64,000 nucleotides of DNA, from contig OZ024743.1 in NCBI GenBank assembly GCA_964016885.1, positions 37,510,001 to 37,574,000 on the forward strand, given 5' to 3'. A model generated the notes under the pieces. The model was not told the DNA's origin. It searched no databases and worked only from the letters and a program-made list of their open reading frames with translations. The position numbers and the translations under genes are program-made. The DNA comes from Eledone cirrhosa. Lineage: Eukaryota. Shown one piece after another: positions 41,940-55,105 of this stretch. The first letter of the stretch is position 1, and each line of letters starts with the position of its first letter.

Positions 41940-42270
41940 ACACCGCCTCTCTTATCCCACTCTCTATATCTAAAACTAATGCACTCTCTCATTCTCTATA
42001 AATATCTACACTTATCTCTCCCAATCTCCCTCTATATATCAATCAGCACTAAACTCTCCCCCTCTCTATATCAATCGACACCTATCTCTATCAATTCTCT
42101 CTATTCATTGCAATCAAACTCTCCCCCTCTCTATACCAACAATAACAAATACTCTCTCCCAATCGCTTTCTATATATCAATTACCACCAAACTATCCCCC
42201 TCTCTATATACAATACTCTCTCTCTCATTCTCTCTCAGTCTATCTATCACTATCAAACTCTCCCCCGTAA
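41940..42270. repeat. Degenerate pyrimidine-rich minisatellite
   Basis: Recurrent aaactctccccctctctata unit. Confidence 0.65.
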
Positions 42271-42624
42271 TGTGGCAAGTCTGACCAGTTTGCCGCGTCA
42301 CATCTTACTCTTAACGGTAATCGTGTTTTGGCTGCTTTCTTTTGTTACAGGTGGATTCCATTTCTAACATCAACCACATTCAGAGTGTGGAACTGTGTGA
42401 TACCGTTATGCGACAAATTTGACGAGTTGGCCGCACCATACCTTGCACATAACGGGAACATGATTTGGCCGTGTTTTTCCGGCTGTTGGATGCCCTTCCT
42501 AAAGAGAAAACACTCTTACGGAGTGGGCTGGACTGGGCTGTCGGCTCGTATCTTCTATCCTATGCCTTAGCACCAGAGATCTTGGCCTTACGTCAACTCC
42601 ATCGAGAGGCTAAGTAGTGCCAGG

Positions 42625-43240
42625 TGAGATTTTATCATTTCATCCTACGTCTTCCTCGGTCTTTCTCTTCCGATGCACTCTACAACTTCTAGCGCCCAGC
42701 ACCTTTTTATACTGCTGTCATACTTCATGCGTATTACATATCCATTTTATCGCAGTCTTCGCTCCTGCACACAGCATTTGGTCCCTTCCCCCTTGTGACT
42801 AGTTCCATTCTCAGTTCATTTACAGTTTGCTGTTCATGCACACTACTATTACTCATCCATTGAAGCATGTAAGCTTAATTTCTTTCAAATCAACTTTGCA
42901 TCGGTGCACAGTGTCCAGTTTCATTGCAGGGGAACGTTTTGTAGCTAGCAGCGAGAGCAGCTCCCTAAACGCCCCCCCCCCCCCGGTCGTTACTCAGGCA
43001 CATGTAATTTCTGAGCTCCCACCTTCTCTGCTGATTTGGTTTCCCAGGTAGCAGAAACCATCAACTAGTTCTGCAGAGTCCCTTGTTAACAGAGCTTGTT
43101 TCCTTTGGGCCTTTGCCTACTGCCCCTGTGCAACGTCCACATATAAAATGTATGTTCTAGCCAGCTTGTGTTCTCGCTACATATCTTGTGTAGCCATAAT
43201 TTGCCCTTGAGACATAGGATGGAGTTTCTACCTACACCCT
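42625..43240 (-). pseudogene. Decayed RTE LINE ORF2 C-terminal region
   Basis: ELVDGFCYLGNQISREGG...AFRELLSLLATK...MLQWMSN..V...CCVQERRLR*NGYVIRM...GRERPRKT. Confidence 0.75.
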
Positions 43241-43262
43241 TCCTACATCCACACACACTCCC

Positions 43263-43309
<47 letters not shown>

Positions 43310-43612
43310 GATAAAGGAATCCCGTGTTTGATCTAACTCTATATTAGAATTTGCACATAATACAATATACTTTTATTATAATATATATAAGTATATACAC
43401 ACTTGTATGCACGTACACATAGTCAGTCACATATACACACAGAAGCAGCCAGACAAACAAACCGACACACACATAATCGCAACACACACATATACAGACG
43501 CAAACGGACACCCCACCCAACATATATATATATATATGGGTATATATAAACATACACACACATATATATATATATGGTGGGTGGGTGTCCGTTTGCGTTT
43601 GTATATGTGTGT

Positions 43613-43798
43613 GTACCAACAGTACGAAACAGAGATCTGTCAGCTTATCTCCCTTTGTTTGCAGAAAAAAGAAGTAAGTGACATAGCCACTACTTTAAAA
43701 CAAGGTCTTCAAAATGTTTTTAATTAAGCATACAGTATATATAAATTCATATATATATACATAGGTATATATAAACACACACATATATATATAGGTAC

Positions 43799-43866
<68 letters not shown>

Positions 43867-44192
43867 CTATAAATATATATGTGTGTTTATATATACCTAT
43901 GTATATATATATATATGAATTTATATATACTGTATGCTTAATTAAAAGCATTTTGAAGACCTTGTTTTAAAGTAGTGACTATGTCACTTACTTCTTTTTT
44001 CTGCAAACAAAGGGAGATAAGCTGACAGATCTCTGTTTCGTACTGTTGGTACTCCTCAGAGTTTAATACACCCTTTGCCTGCTCAAAATTATGTATGTTG
44101 GATTCTTATAGAATTCCAGTAATAATCAGGAACTGATTATACAGAGCGGTTGCCGGTCCAGCAAAAATTGAAAATTAGAATTGGTGCACCAA

Positions 44193-44199
<7 letters not shown>
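43613..44199 (-). mobile_element. HHR-bearing pseudo-LTR with a tail-to-tail inverted copy across a (TA)n tract
   Basis: 43613-43790 is the reverse complement of 43875-44052. A terminal perfect palindrome attagaattggtgcaccaattctaat lies at 44174-44199. Confidence 0.85.
44018..44065 (-). ncRNA. Type I hammerhead ribozyme, intact core
   Basis: taaact-CTGAGGA-GTAC-caaca-GTAC-GAAA-CAGA-ga-TCTG-TC-agctta; GUC triplet. Confidence 0.8.
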
Positions 44200-44270
<71 letters not shown>

Positions 44271-44366
44271 TATATATAAACAAACACACACATACAGATT
44301 TATATATCTATATTTATATATCTATATGTATCTCTCACTTTCATCATTCTCATTATATATTATAAA

Positions 44367-44429
<63 letters not shown>

Positions 44430-44443
44430 TATACATATATACA

Positions 44444-44500
<57 letters not shown>

Positions 44501-44568
44501 AAAAAGGGATGAAATCGAAAATGCAACTGAAGTCTTATTTTTTTAAAAATATATATATTTATTTGGTT

Positions 44569-44606
44569 CCTTTACCGGTTTCGCAGTTCTTCTGCTTTTC
44601 AAAAGG
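44569..44606 (-). ncRNA. Degenerate minimal hammerhead ribozyme
   Basis: cctt-TTGAAAA-GCAG-aagaa-CTGC-GAAA-CCGG-TA-aagg. Confidence 0.65.
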
Positions 44607-45122
44607 TGAGTTGAGATGGAGGGTCTGTGGTTTTTCTCACATCTGGTTGGTCTCTAAATGTTACTTGTTTTATATGGAAAAACTGGCTCGAAAACCAAGT
44701 TTTTCGAGAAGTAATTTGATTGGTTTGTCAATAATTATAATAAATTTCGCGCCAGTTCGCGTTACAATAGTTCTTCAAATAAGAGAGGGGGGGGGGGGGG
44801 GTTGTCACAGGTTGTTTTTTCATATATGAGTGTTTGAATTTCTTTTTACTTGAAAAAATGAGGCTCACGTAGGCTTTTTTTTGGTTGGTTATAAATGAAA
44901 TTTGGCTGTCACGTGAACAAGTTTTCATTACATTTTTGCGCCCTTATTTGGAAAACTATTCTGTAGTCTATAGTGAATGTTATGACAATGGAGAGATAGT
45001 GGTCAAGGGAAAAGGGATTGGGAGAAATGTTCTGGTTCAGTGAATATGGCCAGCTGTCAGAGTTCAGGTGTCAGAGTTCAGATTTTCTATTGAGACTGAA
45101 GATATGTGTTTATTTGTGTGTT

Positions 45123-45155
<33 letters not shown>

Positions 45156-45414
45156 ATGTGTGTATTGGAAGATGATTCTATTAGTAGAGATGGGGGAGGG
45201 AGTTGTGTGTGTGTGTGTATGGGTGTTATGTGTGTGTGTGCGAGTATGTTAGATAGAGAGAATATATATTTTTTGTGTGTGTGTATATATATATATGTGT
45301 GTAGGAAAGTGATTCTATTAGTAGAAATGGGGAGAGTGTTGTAGGTGTGGGGGTTTTATGTGTGTGTATGGGTGTTATGTGTGTGGGAGTATGGTTAGCA
45401 TGTTAAGATGAAGA

Positions 45415-45453
<39 letters not shown>

Positions 45454-45657
45454 GTGTGTGTATGTGTGTGTGTAGGAAAATGATTCCTTTAGTAGGAATA
45501 TTTTTGAATGAACATATTTTCCTGACTTTTTCGTGTTTGCTGTTGTATTGCCAGTGCAAACGTATGTTTAAGGTTTATTTAGTTCGGATTTTTATTTTCT
45601 AAAGTAGGTGTTATGTGTGTGTGTGTATGTCATATTGTGGTGTTGACATAATGTATA

Positions 45658-46926
45658 TTAAACCTTATTTAATGTTGGTCTATATTTTTGAATAAACATA
45701 TTTTCCTTATTTATTCGCATTTGTTCTGTTGTATTGTTAGCGCAAAGGTAAAATGGGAAGACTTGGAATTTGGGTGTCTTATTACTTGCGCAAATGTCTA
45801 GATATGCACTTAGTGGTATTTGTCTCGTGGTTGGATCTCGTAATTGTTGGCGATGAACTGTCATTCTGTTTCTGAGTGTGAGTTTAGTTTGTCCTATATA
45901 ATCTTCATTGCATCCTTTACATTTAATGGCATAAAGTAGATTTTTTGATGAGCAAGTGAAGTGCTTTTTTGCAGTAAAATTTTGTCCTGATTTAAATGTA
46001 TACGTGTTGCCTTCAATGAGGTGAGTGCAGGTTCCACAATTAGAGCGACCACATTTTTTGATACTTGGTTGTGGGTTTGTGGTAGGTAATTTGGTATTGG
46101 TGAGTAATGTTTTCAGTGATTTTGGTTGTCTTTTGCTTTTGATTATTTTGTGTGTTTCAAGGGCTTTTTTCATTCTTGGGTTTTGTTTTAGTAGTGGGAT
46201 GTTATTGTGAATAGTGTTGTAAGCTTCCGCATTTCTTGGGTTGTGTGTTGAGATATATGATAGAATATTGGACGTACCTTGAATTTGTTTCTGTTTCCGT
46301 AATTCATCAATGCCTATTGCTTTAGCCCTTTCTATTCCATTATTTATTAGTAATAGTGGGTACTCTCTCTCAAGTAGAATTTCCTTTAATTCTTGAAGTC
46401 TTTTATTTCGCGTTTCATAATTGGAGACAATTGTGCAAATTCTTCTTGCTAGGTTAAAAGGAATGTTCGTCTTCGTGTGCTTTGGATGGTTGGAGGTGAA
46501 TAGCAGATATTGTTTGGAATCTGTTGGTTTGTAGTGTATGTCAGTTTCGATATTTGTGTCTTTTTTGTGATTAAGATGTCCAGAAATGGGAGTTGATCTT
46601 GGCTGTATTCCATTGTGAATTGGATGTGGTTATTGATGCCGTTTATTAAGTTTTTGAAATCCTTTAGTTGGTCGAGTGTGTGGGACCAAAGAATGAGGCA
46701 ATCATCCAAGTAGCGTTTCCAATTCTCTGATAAATATTTGTGGAAGTTCAATCCGTATTTTGATTTGGACTGTTCATATATCTGGACTTCTAAGTATGCC
46801 ATGACTAAGTTGGCATAAGTTGGAGCGGCTTTTGTGCCCATCGCAGTCCCCGATATTTGCTTGTAAGTATTGCCATCGAAATCAAAAAAGTTGTTCTGTA
46901 GGATGAATTTTAATCCCTCGGTGATG
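45658..46926 (-). pseudogene. PLE reverse transcriptase plus GIY-YIG endonuclease (one frameshift near 46565)
   Basis: QISGTAMGTKAAPTYANL, WKRYLDD, LPFLDI, CGRSNCGTC and LLYAIKCKGCNEDYIGQT..LRNRMTVH...ENMFIQKYRPTLN. Confidence 0.9.
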
Positions 46927-46979
46927 AAATATTTGTGGAAGTTCAATCCGTATTTTGATTTGGACTGTTCATATATACA

Positions 46980-47029
<50 letters not shown>

Positions 47030-47076
47030 CTTAAAACAATGAAATAAAAAATCAAGTCATTAGAAATATACTTCAC

Positions 47077-47212
47077 TGCTTTACAATCGTTTCTAGGTGA
47101 TGATAATACATCGTAACTATACTTCGTTATCGATCTATGTAAGGTTAGTTACAAAATATCAGATCAGGAGAATATTTACTCACATGCATATCACCAGCTG
47201 TTGTCAAAAGCA
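47077..47212 (-). ncRNA. Degenerate hammerhead ribozyme with about 100-nt stem II insert
   Basis: tgctt-TTGACAA-cagctggtgat...atcaccta-GAAA-CGATTG-TA-aagca. Confidence 0.6.
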
Positions 47213-48343
47213 TTAATAATTTTAATCAAAATTAGTATTAAATTAGTAGTAAGTTTAGTTCTATTACCTTATTTCGAGGTAGCTGAAGAACTAACCACTC
47301 AGATTATTTGTCCATATGATGTTAAGATGAAAAATATTTCACTTTAGTTGAGGTCATGACCCTTTGAAAGGAATGGTTGAATGATATTAATAATAGAATT
47401 GCTATAAAAAATCTATTAGGAAGAAAGGGATTGTCTAATTGATAGTTGAATGTATCTGGTATAGTGAAGTTTAAAAGGAATGTAAAAATTAAATGTTGAG
47501 TTGTGTTGTATGGAGTTTTTAGGTGAATATAAATTAATGTCATGACTAGGAAAGACAGTATATTAAAAGATGAAAATTCTAATAAGATAATGAAATACAG
47601 TAACACAATAATATAATATAATGTATCACAATATAGTACGGTGTGGTAAATTGTAGTTAGTATAATACAGCGTATGATACGCTTAAAATACTTTCAAGTA
47701 TGTCTATCTATAAATAATCAAACTCAGATAAATGCATGTTGACATAGTCAAAATGCATATATTTCATAGATCACAAAGTGCATATACCCACATTATAGAT
47801 AGATGTATAGTTATATTGATACTCAATTAAAAATATACATACGCATAAATAGATGAAAACATATACATACATCTACACATGTACACACAATCATATACAC
47901 ATATATTTATATATATATATATATATATCCACATATACACACCTATATACACATATATATATATGTATGTACACACACATATACACATATATATATATGT
48001 ATGTACACACACATACATAGTACACACCCACATATAAAACCACTCATACGCATATACTCGCATATACACACATACACACACACATATATATATATATTCA
48101 CATATCATACATAGATACATATTTACTCATGCAATTACGGGTGGTTGTGTACCTTGTTGCCCTTAGTCATTAACGCATAAATCTAAGGAAGCTAAACAAT
48201 TAAATGGCAAGAAATAAGCATGCATGCGTACAATTAGGGGAAAGGGATACTAACAAATGTTACGCTACATAGAATTATAGTGAGTTGCTATTTAGAATAT
48301 TGAATTAGGTTTATAGTATTTAACCGTTTTTCGTATACGGTGA

Positions 48344-49290
48344 TTACAAACTATAATCAAATTCCTGTCTTTTATTCAATAAATCGTCCTTAGATTTAGT
48401 AATTTCCAAGACCTCCCCTGAACAGAACCTGCATTCTCTCCTGTTCCCAAGATATGGAGTTCTCTGTAGAACGGTGTTCCACGATAGCTTGAAATCTATT
48501 TTTTTCTTTCTATAGTTATTTACTGCTTCAGCTAAAGATATGGTGTTGGCTAGTTTAGTATTGTTAAAACTACTAGAGTGTGCGCAAAATCTTTTCTTAA
48601 ATGTGTTTGATGTAGATCCTATATATGTTTTGTTGGAGTCAGTAGTAGACACAGTGCATTTATATATTACATTATTAATCAAACAGTTGCCATTTAAAGG
48701 GCAAATCTTCTATTTCTGCAATTACAACCATACGTAAGATGGTTGTTGGGGTACCTCTACCATTCTCATTAATCCTTGAGCTATTCCTATTGTAATTAAT
48801 GTTAGCGGGAGAATGAAGGTTGCTTTGTAGGTGGTTTAGTGCTGGGGTTGTATTGTGATTTTGTGTTATGTTGTTTTTGTGTTGGTGATTTGGGTGGTTG
48901 TGTTTTCCAGGTTGAAGTATTGTATTATTTGTCCTTTTAAAAGGTGCAGTCCTATTTAAATTATGTTGTGGTGGTGTGGTCATATTATTTTTAAATTTAT
49001 AAATGTTGTAGTTGGTTATTTTTTGCTGGAGATTGTTTGATGTAGAGTATGAGAATTTAACAGTATATCTGTTAAATATTTGGTGGTATCTGTGGTTTGG
49101 TGGATAATGTTTATGTAGAATTTCGAAGAAATTATTTGGATTTGTCCAATAGTTTGCAGGTTGAAGGGTGCGTTGTACCATGTGACGTTTCTTTTGCGGT
49201 TTTTATTTAAGTTCTTATTACCACTTATATTAATGTGGTGTGTTCTAGAAGAATTCCTATGGTTAGTATCCATATTTGTGACCCCACAAC
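48344..49290 (-). pseudogene. PLE linker plus GIY-YIG endonuclease (frameshifted)
   Basis: RKRNVTWYNAPFN, HYPPNHRYHQIFNRYTVKFSYS, CNCRNRRFAL, VIYKCTV..KTYIGSTSNTFKKRFCAH and CRFCSGE..LLNKRQE. Confidence 0.85.
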
Positions 49291-49304
49291 TTACCGTGGA
49301 TATC

Positions 49305-49397
<93 letters not shown>

Positions 49398-49401
<4 letters not shown>

Positions 49402-49520
49402 AACGAGTAAGACCCCCTACTAGGGGTCCTACTCGTTCCTATTACCCACTCTACTACCCTAAGTATTGAGTACTTTGGTGCGTTATGGTCTATCTGGTTC
49501 TTTACCACATTTCCTTCGTT
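49398..49520 (+). mobile_element. Fold-back mini-element (19-bp hairpin plus about 80-bp tail) in (TA)n
   Basis: taggaacgagtaagacccc-ctacta-ggggtcctactcgttccta; tail shared with 16498-16578. Confidence 0.8.
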
Positions 49521-49825
49521 ATATATATATATATATATATATAGAGACATACATACATTGTGTGTGAATGGTTGTGTGAACGTATTAAAATATGTGCGTG
49601 TTCTCCATTTTTTTATGTCTGCATATTCATATACAGTCGTGTGCTTATGATTGTGTGAGTGTTTCTAAAGTAATTACTCATATCATCTGATATCTATCGC
49701 AAATATTAATTAATATTCTTTTGTGCAATCCTTCCAGAATGAGATAAGTTATCAATAAGTTTCAAACTGCAAAGATTAAAAACGGAGGGACAACCTCCAC
49801 TCTTTCTGCTTATGTCGGCGTAAAT

Positions 49826-50417
49826 CATTATTATTATTGTTGTTATTATTATCATTAGTACCATTATTATTATCATCATCATTACTTCCACCATAACCAA
49901 CAACAACAACAACAATACCATCACTACCCCACTACTACCACCACCACCGACAACAACAACAACAATACCATCACTACTACCACCTCCACCACCAGCAACA
50001 ACAACAATACCATCACTACTACCACCACCAGCAACAACAACACCAGTACCATCCCTACCACCACCACCACCAACGACAACAACAACAACAGCAACATTAT
50101 TACCATAACTACCCCACCTCCACCACTACCACCACCACCACTACCGCCACCACCACCAACAACAACAGAAACATTATTACCATCACTACCCCACCACCAC
50201 CAACAACAACAACAACAGCAACATTATAACCATCACTACGCCACCTCCACCACCACCACCACCACCAACAACAACGACAACAACAACAGCAACATTATAA
50301 CCATCACTACGCCACCTCCTCCACCACCACCACCACCACCAACAACAACAACAACGACAACAGCAACATTATAACCATCACTACCCCACCTCCACCACCA
50401 CCACCACCACCACCACC

Positions 50418-50449
<32 letters not shown>

Positions 50450-50560
50450 CAACAACAACAGCAACAGTATTACCATCACTACACCACCTCCACCACCACC
50501 ATCACGTCAACACCTTCATCATCAACCTTATCGTCATCATCTACATTGTTATCAATATTA
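49826..50560. repeat. Compound (ACC)n/(AAC)n micro/minisatellite
   Basis: Higher-order unit (acc)n(aac)n-agcaacattat.accatcactac is repeated. Confidence 0.9.
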
Positions 50561-50781
50561 TTATAGTTAAAATAGTTTCATTAAGGAACATATAAAATAT
50601 AACTTTAAAATTAATTATTAAATTTTTAGCTCTTAAAAATATAAAGTACTTCTACATTGGTGAACACAAACATGGAAACACGCATATTAACATCCACATG
50701 CACACACAGTTTCTCTTCCTCTCTTTCTCTCTCTCTCTCGCTCTCTCTCGCTCTCTCTCCTTCTCTCTCTCTCTCACACAC

Positions 50782-50815
<34 letters not shown>

Positions 50816-50864
50816 TAAGCTATATGTTTTAAAATATATGTATATATATATATATATTTACACA

Positions 50865-51490
50865 CAGGGTGAGAGGAGTATTCGAAGACATTAATTATCA
50901 GTTTATTACTCTTTTCAAACTAATTAAATCTATTTTATTCCACCCAGATCCCTCATGTCAGATAAGATGCTCAAGAAGTGAAAAGACACGCAGTTATGTT
51001 TACTATATGTATGGAACACAATGGTTTAGAAGTTGCCAACATTATAAATGCTGCAAGATCATTTATACACAAATGTCGGAAGAAATTGAAAGCCTCTGGC
51101 GTGAATGTTTCAACTGCATCACATGGAAAAATAGCTATAAGGGCACCGCAATTCATTGAACGGGTTTAAACCATTATCGACGATGATCCTGAAAAATCAA
51201 GGTGGGCCATCTTCAAAGAAGTTCAAGTGTTACAGTGAACTATCAGAACTGTGGTACACGAGGACATTTGATAAATGTTTTATGAATAGAGGAGAGGCAA
51301 ATTCATGTCCTCGACAAAACTGGAAAACCGTTTTGTGCGTTCTAAGCAGTTATGTAACAAATTTACAGATTTTCTCGAAGATGGCATGCTTCGGTTCTTC
51401 TCATATGTGAAATACCTTCTCCAAGACAAAAGATCTAACAGGAGAAATTACAGTTGACTATGTGCAAATCTTTCTGATATCTCCAGAATT
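50865..51490 (+). pseudogene. Decayed Tc1/mariner (maT-like) transposon 5' part
   Basis: Starts CAGGGTG. Translates to KRHAVMFTI..HNGLEVANIINAARSFIHKCRKKL..IRAPQFIERV*TIIDDDPEKS..TIRTVVHEDI..LRFFSYVK..QDKRSNRRNYS*LC: HTH plus the start of the catalytic domain. Confidence 0.75.
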
Positions 51491-51505
51491 ATGCACACAC
51501 ACACG

Positions 51506-51638
<133 letters not shown>

Positions 51639-52037
51639 ACACACCTATATATACCATATGTATTTCGTTTTACTTGAATTCCTATTTGGCCAAAACTTGC
51701 TAAACAATCTTTGGGGAATTCCAAGCACCTATCAACCGGTACATATCTATATTAACACAAAAAGGAAAATCTGCCTATTTATTTCTTTATTGTTATTTTG
51801 TTAGAAAGTTAAGTGCTTGGCTTTACAAATATTAAAATAACGTCAAAATACCCGAATCCTCGTAGAAACCGTCAATGGTGTTTTTTTGTTTTGTGTTTGG
51901 TGTTGTACCTAATTATTAGTGCCTTGATGTTTCATACTGAATATATTCAGGGTGTCAGTACCCTTTAAATTAACTTGTTTGCACTGGGCAACTTAAATAA
52001 ATTCATTCACCATGTATTATTAGGTAAACCTGAGAGC

Positions 52038-52222
52038 GTGGATTGGCAGTATCGGTAGAGTCCGACGCCATGCTTTGACGTATAGAGTTACGGCCCTTGC
52101 CATTCTGATTTCAAATCCTGCCGAGGTTAACTTTGCCTTTCATCGTTACGGAGTCGATAAAATAAAGTACCAGTAATGCACTGGGTGATTGTAGGCCTTG
52201 TGCCAAATGTAGAAACAATTAT
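52038..52222 (+). mobile_element. tRNA-derived SINE copy
   Basis: Full consensus match; close inverted relative of 53356-53542. Confidence 0.85.
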
Positions 52223-52637
52223 TAGGTAGACCTACCAATAGCTTCAAAGTGCCGTATTTCGTACCCTATTTCCCACTTTCCTTACGGTTTCCCATAGCTC
52301 TATATTTCGGTACTGTGTCACTGAAGCTCCACAGTGCCATAGTGCGGCACCCAAACTTTTAAATGCCATATTTTGTCACCCTGTCTCTGCATTGCCATAG
52401 GAGATCACGCTAGCTCAAATAATACATATAAATATTTATTGCTGACAGATGTTACACGACTTTGAGTTCCTTTAATAATTGTTGAAGTTCTTTATTGGAA
52501 ACGATAGAATACCAACATTTTACAGGAAAGTAAATTGTCTCGTGTATTTCATGTTATCCATACTATCTTCTGTTATCATTCAATACATATTGATAGTTAA
52601 TAACCAAATTTTCTCACGTTAATTACATATAATAGTA

Positions 52638-53099
52638 ATAATGGTTTCTACTTTAGCCACACATTGTGGGGGAGGGGAAAGTCTATTAAATCGACAGCAG
52701 TTCATTACTGGTCCTTTATTTTATCAATTTATCGACCCCGTAAGCTAACCTCTGCGGGATTTGAACTCAGTACGTAAAGGGCCCTAACTCTATATCACAA
52801 AGCATGTTGCCCGATATTCTACCGATACTGCCAATCCATCGTCCTCACACAAAATAGTAATAATAATAATAATAGTTTCTTATATAGGCACAAGGCCAGC
52901 AATTTTTGGGGGAGGGGAAAGTCGATTAAATCGACGCCAGTGCGTGACTGGTAGTTTATTTTATCGACCCCGTGAGGATGAAAGGCAAAGTTAACCTCAG
53001 CGGGATTAGAACTCAGAACGTAAAGGGCCATAACTCTATACCACAAAGCATGTTGACCGATATTCTACCGATACTGCCAATCCATCGCCCTGACACAAA

Positions 53100-53139
<40 letters not shown>

Positions 53140-53545
53140 TTTCTTTATAATAATAATAATAAGCTTCTACTTTTGGCACGAGGCCAGCAATTACCCCACT
53201 GTATCACTGGTACTTTATTTTATCGATCCCGTAAGGAGGAAAGTAAAGTTAACCTCGGCGGATTTGAACTCAGAACGTAAAGGGTGATAATTCTATGCTA
53301 CAACGCATGGTGTCTAATGTTCTACCGATACTGCCAATCCACCAAATATTATTAATAATTGTTTCTATTTTTGGCACAACGCCAGCAATAACCCAGTACA
53401 TTACTGGTACTTTATTTTATCGACCCCGTAAGGATGAAAGGCAAAGTTAACCTCGGCGGGATTTGAACTCAGAATGGCAAGGGCCGTAACTCTATGCGTC
53501 AAAGCATGGTGTCCGACTCTCTACGGATACTGCCAATCCACCATA
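52638..53545 (-). mobile_element. Four head-to-tail SINE copies separated by (AAT)n
   Basis: Units at about 52638, 52872, 53160 and 53356. Confidence 0.9.
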
Positions 53546-54351
53546 TTATTATTAATAATATTTGTTTGATAAAACTTAAAAATACTAACATCCCACTGGA
53601 CGATTTACAGGATACAACTAGTAATCAACTGTCTGAAAAATAGTTTTCATTTTATTTACATTAAACCTTTTCACATTTATCACTTTCGAAATGTCCTAGG
53701 TTTCAGTTTCAGGAATTACTAAAATGAAGACTGGCTGTTTCGTTATAGAATTTAATTTGTTATGAAAAATACATACACCAAATAAATATATATTGAGGCA
53801 GTTTTGAACTGTGTATATTAATTTCAAAGAATATAAATATGTTTCCAATATTATATTATAATAAAGGGTGGAGTGCGGGACTGCACCAGAATATATATTT
53901 TTTTATCCCGTTTGTAAATGCATATATATTTGCGTATAATATCAATATGCACACTACACAGGCTAGGTTTTTCTGCTAGTCATATTAATACAGACTTGTC
54001 ATTATTCTTTTCCATGGAATTATCTCTCTAATGATTCATCACTTTCCTGAGGAATGTCGGGTATTACTGCTAGTATATAATAAATACGAGTCTATCATAT
54101 ATATATAGAAGAGGAAATTTGTATATTTGGGCTTCATAGAAAGTGAAACACTTAAGTTCATATATATCAAAATAAGTTTATAAGAACCAAACGTTTACAA
54201 GAGAATTAACTGCATGATGTATTTTGTATTTGGCATAGTAATTAATGACGGAATTGACATTTAATATCTACTGCACTTTTGAAATTGAATATTTTCATAA
54301 TGATATTATATCTTAAAATTATCACAGATTACCAGTGTAGCAATATTTATC

Positions 54352-54570
54352 AGCGGAATGGCAATAGTGATAGAGTGTCGATAGAGCTTCGGCATATTAG
54401 TACGGTCCCGTTCCTTTACGTTCTGAGTTCAAATTCTGCCGAGGTTAGCTTTGCCTTTCATCCTTACAAGGTCGACGAATTTACGTCCTAGTAATTGTAT
54501 TAGGATTGAATTATTCAACTTTCCCCTTCCCTAGAATTGTTGAAGACTTCTTGTCTGAATCAGAAAACAA
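54352..54570 (+). mobile_element. Diverged SINE copy
   Basis: tttacgttctgagttcaaattctgccgaggttagctttgcctttcatcc. Confidence 0.7.
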
Positions 54571-54719
54571 TATTAAAACTCACCACGCATTAATGCATAT
54601 ATGGTACATGAAGCGATTATATGTCCTTGTCATTTCGGCTAACTGCCAATACCTGTAAACACACAAAAACCTATTAACCAAAAACAACTGCATCAATTGT
54701 CACTCCTGGTGGAAGTCAG

Positions 54720-55105
54720 GTACATTTAGGTCGAGATTTCAACGTTAATCGTTCAAATGTCAAAAACAAATGTAAATGGGTAATATTAGCGACCCACTTC
54801 GATCACGAATGATCATATGTTTTGCACCTACAACGCTTTCCTTGGAGGCACAAGACAAGGCTAGGTGATTTTGTGGAAGACATGCTAGTCTCCTTTCTCC
54901 ACGACATCAATGTTGTCTAACGGAAAGGCAATGACAGATACAGCTTGACACAAATGATGTCGCAACTCATTTCTCCAGCTGACGGAACTGGAGCTACGTA
55001 AAATAGTCTTGCTGAAAGACAATTTGCACCGCCTGGTCTGGGAATTAAATTTACAACCTCACGTTTGTGAACTCAACGCTCTTATCACTTAGCCACGCGC
55101 CTTGA
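54720..55105 (-). mobile_element. Second interspersed repeat family with a tRNA-like head on the minus strand
   Basis: Minus strand starts ggcgcgtggctaagtgataagagcg. Related decayed pieces at about 1420-1620 and 22760-23210. Confidence 0.5.

Larger units (their letters stand above)
44498..46976 (-). mobile_element. 5'-truncated Penelope-like element, Neptune-like
   Basis: RT plus Cys linker plus GIY-YIG, followed by a long 3' region ending in an HHR-containing pseudo-LTR; (TA)n on both sides. Confidence 0.85.
47029..49305 (-). mobile_element. 5'-truncated Penelope-like element (Nematis-like)
   Basis: GIY-YIG remnant at 48344-49290, followed on the same strand by an HHR-bearing 3' end; bounded by (TA)n. 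Confidence 0.75.

Noticed and set aside
52638-53545. Regularly spaced repeats suggestive of a CRISPR-like array
   Set aside because: The units are about 190-230-bp SINE copies found dispersed elsewhere in the window, with no unique spacers, in a eukaryotic context.
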